Assembly: GCA_964057225.1 (NCBI GenBank)
Contig: OZ059896.1
Span: 496,001 to 560,000 of the forward strand
From: Auanema rhodensis
Taxonomy: Eukaryota; Animalia; Nematoda
DNA length: 64,000 nt
Reading direction: 5' to 3'
Part shown: positions 55,201 through 64,000 of the stretch, one piece after another
How positions within the stretch are numbered: position 1 is the stretch's first letter
Layout of the letters: each line of letters begins with the position of its first letter
The notes under the pieces: model-generated
The model's database searches: none
The model's input: the letters and a program-made list of their open reading frames with translations, nothing else
Told to the model about the DNA's origin: nothing
Translations under genes and position numbers: made by a program

Positions 55201-58200
55201 CGTGAAGCGAGTTACATACCAAGTGCACATCACGTGTACATTTAATTAGCATAAATTAAAGTTCACGTAAATTTCAAAGTCATGGTTACCATGCACCAAT
55301 ACCAATAAAAATTTGTTTTTAGACTAATATGGACATGGGGAATCTAATTTTGAAAACCGCATTTCTTTATCTTTCACGTGAAGCGAGTTACATACCAAGT
55401 GCACATCACGTGTACATTTAATTAGCATAAATTAAAGTTCACGTAAATTTCAAAGTCATGGTTACCATGTACCAATATCAATTAAAATTTGTTTTTAGAC
55501 TAATATGGACATGGGCAATCTAATTTTGAAAACCGCATCTCTTTATCTTTCACGTGAAGCGAGTTACATACCAAGTGCACATCACGTGTACATTTAATTA
55601 GCATAAATTAAAGTTCACGTAAATTTCAAAGTCATGGTTACCATGCACCAATATCAATAAAAATTTGTTTTTAAACTAATATGGACATGGGGAATCTAAT
55701 TTTGAAAACCGCATCTCTTTATCTTTCACGTGAAGCGAGTTACATACCAAGTGCACATCACGTGTACATTTAATTAGCATAAATTAAAGTTCACGTAAAT
55801 TTCAAAGTCATGGTTACCATGCACCAATATCAATAAAAATTTGTTTTTAGACTAATATGGACATGGGGAATCTAATTTTGAAAACCGCATCTCTTTATCT
55901 TTCACGTGAAGCGAGTTACATACCAAGTGCACATCACGTGTACATTTAATTAGCATAAATTAAAGTTCACGTAAATTTCAAAGTCATGGTTACCATGCAC
56001 CAATATCGATAAAAATTAGTATTTAGACTAATATGGACATGGGGGATCTAATTTTGAAAACCGCATCTCTTTATCTTTCACGTGAAGCGAGTTACATACC
56101 AAGTGCACATCACGTGTACATTTAATTAGCATAAATTAAAGTTCACGTAAATTTCAAAGTCATGGTTACCATGAACCAATATCAATAAAAATTTGTTTTT
56201 AGACTAATATGGACATGGGTAATCTAATTTTGAAAACCGCATCTCTTTAACTTTCACGTGAAGCGAGTTACATACCAAGTGCACATCACGTGTACATTTA
56301 ATTAGCATAAATTAAAGTTCACGTAAATTTCAAAGTCATGGTTACCATGAACCAATATCAATAAAAATTTGTTTTTAGACTAATATGGACATGGGGAATC
56401 TAATTTTGAAAACCGCATCTCTTTATCTTTCACGTGAAGCGAGTTACATACCAAGTGCACATCACGTGTACATTTAATTAGCATAAATTAAAGTTCACGT
56501 AAATTTCAAAGTCATGGTTACCATGAACCAATATCAATAAAAATTTGTTTTTAGACTAATATGGACATGGGGAATCTAATTTTGAAAACCGCATCTCTTT
56601 ATCTTTCACGTGAAGCGAGTTACATACCAAGTGCACATCACGTGTACATTTAATTAGCATAAATTAAAGTTCACGTAAATTTCAAAGTCATGGTTACCAT
56701 GCACCAATATCAATAAAAATTTGTTCTTAGACTAATATGGACATGAGGAATCTAATTTTGAAAACCGCATCTCTTTATCTTTCACGTGAAGCGAGTTACA
56801 TACCGAGTGCACATCACGCGTACATTTAATTAGCATAAATTAAAGTTCACGTAAATTTCAAAGTCATGGTTACCATGCACCAATATCAATAAAAATTTGT
56901 TTTTAGACTAATATGGACATGGGGAATCTAATTTTGAAAACCGCATCTCTTCATCTTTCACGTGAAGCGAGTTACATACCAAGTGCACATCACGTGTACA
57001 TTTAATTAGCATAAATTAAAGTTCACGTAAATTTCAAAGTCATGGTTACCATGAACCAATATCAATTAAAGTTTGTTTTTAGACTAATATGGACATGGGC
57101 AATCTAATTTTGAAAACCGCATCTCTTTATCTTTCACGTGAAGCGAGTTACATACCAAGTGCACATCACGTGTACATTTAATTAGCATAAATTAAAGTTC
57201 ACGTAAATTTCAAAGTCATGGTTACCATGCACCAATACCAATAAAAATTTGTTTTTAGACTAATATGGACATGGGGAATCTAATTTTGAAAACCGCATCT
57301 CTTTATCTTTCACGTGAAGCGAGTTACATACCAAGTGCACATCACGTGTACATTTAATTAGCATAAATTAAAGTTCACGTAAATTTCAAAGTCATGGTTA
57401 CCATGAACCAATATCAATTAAAATTTGTTTTTAGACTAATATGGACATGGGCAATCTAATTTTGAAAACCGCATCTCTTTATCTTTCACGTGAAGCGAGT
57501 TACATACCAAGTGCACATCACGTGTACATTTAATTAGCATAAATTAAAGTTCACGTAAATTTCAAAGTCATGGTTACCATGCACCAATATCAATAAAAAT
57601 TTGTTTTTAGACTAATATGGACATGGGGAATCTAATTTTGAAAACCGCATCTCTTTATCTTTCACGTGAAGCGAGTTACATACCAAGTGCACATCACGTG
57701 TACATTTAATTAGCATAAATTAAAGTTCACGTAAATTTCAAAGTCATGGTTACCATGCACCAATATCAATAAAAATTTGTTTTTAGACTAATATGGACAT
57801 GGGGAATCTAATTTTGAAAACCGCATCTCTTCATCTTTCACGTGAAGCGAGTTACATACCAAGTGCACATCACGTGTACATTTAATTAGCATAAATTAAA
57901 GTTCACGTAAATTTCAAAGTCATGGTTACCATGCACCAATATCAATAAAAATTTGTTTTTAGACTAATATGGACATGAGGAATCTAATTTTGAAAACCGC
58001 ATCTCTTTATCTTTCACGTGAAGCGAGTTACATACCAAGTGCACATCACGTGTACATTTAATTAGCATAAATTAAAGTTCACGTAAATTTCAAAGTCACG
58101 GTTACCATGCACCAATATCAATAAAAATTTGTTTTTAGACTAATATGGACATGGGGAATCTAATTTTGAAAACCGCATCTCTTTATCTTTCACGTGAAGC

Positions 58201-59137
58201 GAGTTACATACCAAGTGCACATCACGTGTACATTTAATTAGCATAAATTAAAGTTCACGTAAATTTCAAAGTCATGGTTACCATGCACCAATATCAATAA
58301 AAATTTGTTTTTAGACTAATATGGACATGAGGAATCTAATTTTGAAAACCGCATCTCTTTATCTTTCACGTGAAGCGAGTTACATACCGAGTGCACATCA
58401 CGCGTACATTTAATTAGCATAAATTAAAGTTCACGTAAATTTCAAAGTCATGGTTACCATGCACCAATATCAATAAAAATTTGTTTTTAGACTAATATGG
58501 ACATGGGGAATCTAATTTTGAAAACCGCATCTCTTCATCTTTCACGTGAAGCGAGTTACATACCAAGTGCACATCACGTGTACATTTAATTAGCATAAAT
58601 TAAAGTTCACGTAAATTTCAAAGTCATGGTTACCATGAACCAATATCAATTAAAGTTTGTTTTTAGACTAATATGGACATGGGCAATCTAATTTTGAAAA
58701 CCGCATCTCTTTATCTTTCACGTGAAGCGAGTTACATACCAAGTGCACATCACGTGTACATTTAATTAGCATAAATTAAAGTTCACGTAAATTTCAAAGT
58801 CATGGTTACCATGCACCAGTATCAATGAAAATTTGTTTTTAGACTAATATGGACATGGGGAATCTAATTTCGAAAACCGCATCTCTTTATCTTTCACGTG
58901 AAGCGAGTTACATACCAAGTGCACATCACGTGTACATTTAATTAGCATAAATTAAAGTTCACGTAAATTTCAAAGTCATGGTTACCATGAACCAATATCA
59001 ATTAAAATTTGTTTTTAGACTAATATGGACATGGGCAATCTAATTTTGAAAACCGCATCTCTTTATCTTTCACGTGAAGCGAGTTACATACCAAGTGCAC
59101 ATCACGTGTACATTTAATTAGCATAAATTAAAGTTCA

Positions 59138-62100
59138 CGTAAATTTCAAAGTCATGGTTACCATGAACCAATATCAATAAAAATTTGTTTTTAGACTAAT
59201 ATGGACATGAGTAATCTAATTTTGAAAACCGCATCTTTTTATCTTTCACGTGAAGCGAGTTACATACCAAGTGCACATCACGTGTACATTTAATTAGCAT
59301 AAATTAATGTTCACGTAAATTTCAAAGTCATGGTTACCATGAACCAATATCAATAAAAATTTGTTTTTAGACTAATATGGACATGGGTAATCTAATTTTG
59401 AAAACCGCATCTCTTTAACTTTCACGTGAAGCGAGTTACATACCAAGTGCACATCACGTGTACATTTAATTAGCATAAATTAAAGTTCACGTAAATTTCA
59501 AAGTCATGGTTACCATGAACCAATATCAATAAAAATTTGTTTTTAGACTAATATGGACATGGGGAATCTAATTTTGAAAACCGCATCTCTTTATCTTTCA
59601 CGTGAAGCGAGTTACATACCAAGTGCACATCACGTGTACATTTAATTAGCATAAATTAAAGTTCACGTAAATTTCAAAGTCATGGTTACCATGCACCAAT
59701 ATCAATAAAAATTTGTTTTTAGACTAATATGGACATGGGTAATCTAATTTTGAAAACCGCATCTCTTTATCTTTCACGTGAAGCGAGTTACATACCAAGA
59801 GCACATCACGTGTACATTTAATTAGCATAAATTAAAGTTCACGTAAATTTCAAAGTCATGGTTACCATGCACCAATATCAATAAAAATTTGTTTTTAGAC
59901 TAATATGGACATGGGTAATCTAATTTTGAAAACCGCATCTCTTTATCTTTCACGTGAAGCGAGTTACATACCAAGAGCACATCACGTGTACATTTAATTA
60001 GCATAAATTAAAGTTCACGTAAATTTCAAAGTCATGGTTACCATGCACCAATATCAATAAAAATTTGTTTTTAAACTAATATGGACATGGGGAATCTAAT
60101 TTTGAAAACCGCATCTCTTTATCTTTCACGTGAAGCGAGTTACATACCAAGTGCACATCACGTGTACATTTAATTAGCATAAATTAAAGTTCACGTAAAT
60201 TTCAAAGTCATGGTTACCATGAACCAATATCAATAAAAATTTGTTTTTAGACTAATATGGACATGGGGAATCTAATTTTGAAAACCGCATCTCTTTATCT
60301 TTCACGTGAAGCGAGTTACATACCAAGTGCACATCACGTGTACATTTAATTAGCATAAATTAAAGTTCACGTAAATTTCAAAGTCATGGTTACCATCAAC
60401 CAATATCAATAAAAATTTGTTTTTAGACTAATATGGACATGGGGAATCTAATTTTGAAAACCGCATCTCTTTATCTTTCACGTGAAGCGAGTTACATACC
60501 AAGTGCACATCACGTGTACATTTAATTAGCATAAATTAAAGTTCACGTAAAATTCAAAGTCATGGTTACCATGCACCAATATCAATAAAAATTTGTTTTT
60601 AGACTAATATGGACATGGGGAATCTAATTTTGAAAACCGCATCTCTTTATCTTTCACGTGAAGCGAGTTACATACCAAGTGCACATCACGTGTACATTTA
60701 ATTAGCATAAATTAAAGTTCACGTAAATTTCAAAGTCATGGTTACCATGCACCAATATCAATAAAAATTTGTTTTTAGACTAATATGGACATGGGGAATA
60801 TAATTTTGAAAACCGCATCTCTTTATCTTTCACGTGAAGCGAGTTACATACCAAGTGCACATCACGTGTACATTTAATTAGCATAAATTAAAGTTCACGT
60901 AAATTTCAAAGTCATGGTTACCATGCACCAATATCAATAAAAATTTGTTTTTAGACTAATATGGACATGGGAACTCTAATTTTGAAAACCGCATCTCTTT
61001 AACTTTCACGTGAAGCGAGTTACATACCAAGTGCACATCACGTGTACATTTAATTAGCATAAATTAAAGTTCACGTAAATTTCAAAGTCATGGTTACCAT
61101 GAACCAATATCAATAAAAATTTGTTTTTAGACTAATATGGACATGGGGAATCTAATTTTGAAAACCGCATCTCTTTATCTTTCACGTGAAGCGAGTTACA
61201 TACCAAGTGCACATCACGTGTACATTTAATTAGCATAAATTAAAGTTCACGTAAATTTCAAAGTCATGGTTACCATTAACCAATATCAATAAAAATTTGT
61301 TTTTAGACTAATATGGACATGGGGAATCTAATTTTGAAAACCGCATCTCTTTATCTTTCACGTGAAGCGAGTTACATACCAAGTGCACATCACGTGTACA
61401 TTTAATTAGCATAAATTAAAGTTCACGTAAATTTCAAAGTCATGGTTACCATTAACCAATATCAATAAAAATTAGTATTTAGACTAATATGGACATGGGG
61501 GATCTAATTTTGAAAACCGCATCTCTTTATCTTTCACGTGAAGCGAGTTACATACCAAGTGCACATCACGTGTACATTTAATTAGCATAAATTAAAGTTC
61601 ACGTAAATTTCAAAGTCATGGTTACCATGAACCAATATCAATACAAATTTGTTTTTAGACTAATATGGACATGGGTAATCTAATTTTGAAAACCGCATCT
61701 CTTTAACTTTCACGTGAAGCGAGTTACATACCAAGTGCACATCACGTGTACATTTAATTAGCATAAATTAAAGTTCACGTAAATTTCAAAGTCATGGTTA
61801 CCATGAACCAATATCAATAAAAATTTGTTTTTAGACTAATATGGACATGGGGAATCTAATTTTGAAAACCGCATCTCTTTATCTTTCACGTGAAGCGAGT
61901 TACATACCAAGTGCACATCACGTGTACATTTAATTAGCATAAATTAAAGTTCACGTAAATTTCAAAGTCATGGTTACCATGCACCAATATCAATAAAAAT
62001 TTGTTTTTAGACTAATATGGACATGGGTAATCTAATTTTGAAAACCGCATCTCTTTATCTTTCACGTGAAGCGAGTTACATACCAAGAGCACATCACGTG

Positions 62101-64000
62101 TACATTTAATTAGCATAAATTAAAGTTCACGTAAATTTCAAAGTCATGGTTACCATGCACCAATATCAATAAAAATTTGTTTTTAGACTAATATGGACAT
62201 GGGGAATCTAATTTTGAAAACCGCATCTCTTTATCTTTCACGTGAAGCGAGTTACATACCAAGTGCACATCACGTGTACATTTAATTAGCATAAATTAAA
62301 GTTCACGTAAATTTCAAAGTCATGGTTACCATGCACCAATATCAATAAAAATTTGTTTTTAGACTAATATGGACATGGGGAATCTAATTTTGAAAACCGC
62401 ATCTCTTTAACTTTCACGTGAAGCGAGTTACATACCAAGTGCACATCACGTGTACATTTAATTAGCATAAATTAAAGTTCACGTAAATTTCAAAGTCATG
62501 GTTACCATGAACCAATATCAATAAAAATTTGTTTTTAGACTAATATGGACATGCGGAATCTAATTTTGAAAACCGCATCTCTTTATCTTTCACGTGAAGC
62601 GAGTTACATACCAAGTGCACATCACGTGTACATTTAATTAGCATAAATTAAAGTTCACGTAAATTTCAAAGTCATGGTTACCATGAACCAATATCAATAA
62701 AAATTTGTTTTTAGACTAATATGGACATGGGGAATCTAATTTTGAAAACCGCATCTCTTTATCTTTCACGTGAAGCGAGTTACATACCAAGTGCACATCA
62801 CGTGTACATTTAATTAGCATAAATTAAAGTTCACGTAAAATTCAAAGTCATGGTTACCATGCACCAATATCAATAAAAATTTGTTTTTAGACTAATATGG
62901 ACATGGGGAATCTAATTTTGAAAACCGCATCTCTTTAACTTTCACGTGAAGCGAGTTACATACCAAGTGCACATCACGTGTACATTTAATTAGCATAAAT
63001 TAAAGTTCACGTAAATTTCAAAGTCATGGTTACCATGAACCAATATCAATAAAAATTTGTTTTTAGACTAATATGGACATGGGGAATCTAATTTTGAAAA
63101 CCGCATCTCTTTATCTTTCACGTGAAGCGAGTTACATACCAAGTGCACATCACGTCTACATTTAATTAGCATAAATTAAAGTTCACGTAAAATTCAAAGT
63201 CATGGTTACCATGCACCAATATCAATAAAAATTTGTTTTTAGACTAATATGGACATGGGGAATCTAATTTTGAAAACCGCATCTCTTTAACTTTCACGTG
63301 AAGCGAGTTACATACCAAGTGCACATCACGTGTACATTTAATTAGCATAAATTAAAGTTCACGTAAATTTCAAAGTCATGGTTACCATGAACCAATATCA
63401 ATAAAAATTTGTTTTTAGACTAATATGGACATGGGGAATCTAATTTTGAAAACCGCATCTCTTTATCTTTAACGTGAAGCGAGTTACATACCAAGTGCAC
63501 ATCACGTGTACATTTAATTAGCATAAATTAAAGTTCACGTAAATTTCAAAGTCATGGTTACCATTAACCAATATCAATAAAAATTTGTTTTTAGACTAAT
63601 ATGGACATGGGGAATCTAATTTTGAAAACCGCATCTCTTTATCTTTCACGTGAAGCGAGTTACATACCAAGTGCACATCACGTGTACATTTAATTAGCAT
63701 AAATTAAAGTTCACGTAAATTTCAAAGTCATGGTTACCATTAACCAATATCAATAAAAATTTGTTTTTAGACTAATATGGACATGGGGAATCTAATTTTG
63801 AAAACCGCATCTCTTTAACTTTCACGTGAAGCGAGTTACATACCAAGTGCACATCACGTGTACATTTAATTAGCATAAATTAAAGTTCACGTAAATTTCA
63901 AAGTCATGGTTACCATGAACCAATATCAATAAAAATTTGTTTTTAGACTAATATGGACATGGGGAATCTAATTTTGAAAACCGCATCTCTTTATCTTTCA
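59138..64000. repeat. Long-range paralogue of segment 29394-37424
   Basis: Rare alleles are shared in the same order at offsets 29744, 27632 and 26576 (169, 157 and 151 monomers). Confidence 0.9.

Larger units (their letters stand above)
1..64000. repeat. Tandem satellite DNA array, 176-bp monomer, about 363 copies, head-to-tail; candidate centromeric/pericentromeric satellite
   Basis: cgtaaatttcaaagtcatgg recurs at 1, 177, 353 and onward. The 176-bp phase can be followed to the last unit start at 63890 once one 1-bp deletion and six insertion-bearing units are accounted for. There is no unique sequence anywhere. The centromeric label is inferred from monomer length, homogeneity and AT content only. 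Confidence 0.99.

Noticed and set aside
1-64000. Protein-coding or repeat-protein ORF
   Set aside because: The unit length of 176 is not a multiple of 3, and stop codons (e.g. in tttaattagcataaattaaa) are frequent on both strands. The many ATGs lead only to short frames, and variants show no codon-position pattern.
1-64000. CRISPR array or other repeat-spacer system
   Set aside because: There are no unique spacers: the whole unit is repeated. No leader or cas genes are present.
1-64000. Rolling-circle or sequencing concatemer artefact
   Set aside because: Variants are structured, regional and shared between distant blocks in hierarchical order, which random read error on one template would not produce.
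1-64000. Information-bearing code in the order of C/A alleles at position 29
   Set aside because: The order is adequately explained by nested block duplications, and nothing supports an encoding function.

Overview
The whole 64-kb window is one uninterrupted, single-orientation (head-to-tail) tandem array of a 176-bp, AT-rich (57/176 = about 32% GC) satellite monomer. It holds 362 complete units plus a 111-bp partial unit starting at 63890 (phase defined from position 1). I found no genes, RNA genes, transposon insertions, CRISPR spacers or inversions. Most monomers differ from consensus at only 0-3 positions, which is typical of a homogenised eukaryotic centromeric or pericentromeric satellite; neither the organism nor centromere function can be established from sequence alone. 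The informative structure is in three layers. (1) The monomer has a CENP-B-box-like 17-mer (7/9 core bases) overlapping a perfect TTCACGTGAA palindrome, three TCACGT motifs 32-33 bp apart, and dense dyad symmetry. (2) The variants record the array's history: nested local duplications of 3-18 monomers, a long-range duplication at an offset of 151-169 monomers, a recombinant monomer, a diverged subfamily block at 48.4-52.3 kb, and a short tract of private substitutions at 28.5 kb. (3) All six insertion-bearing monomers fall within 11.1-18.7 kb, and the last 45 kb has no net indel. I see no evidence of a novel gene-encoded system; any novelty lies in the satellite family and its architecture.
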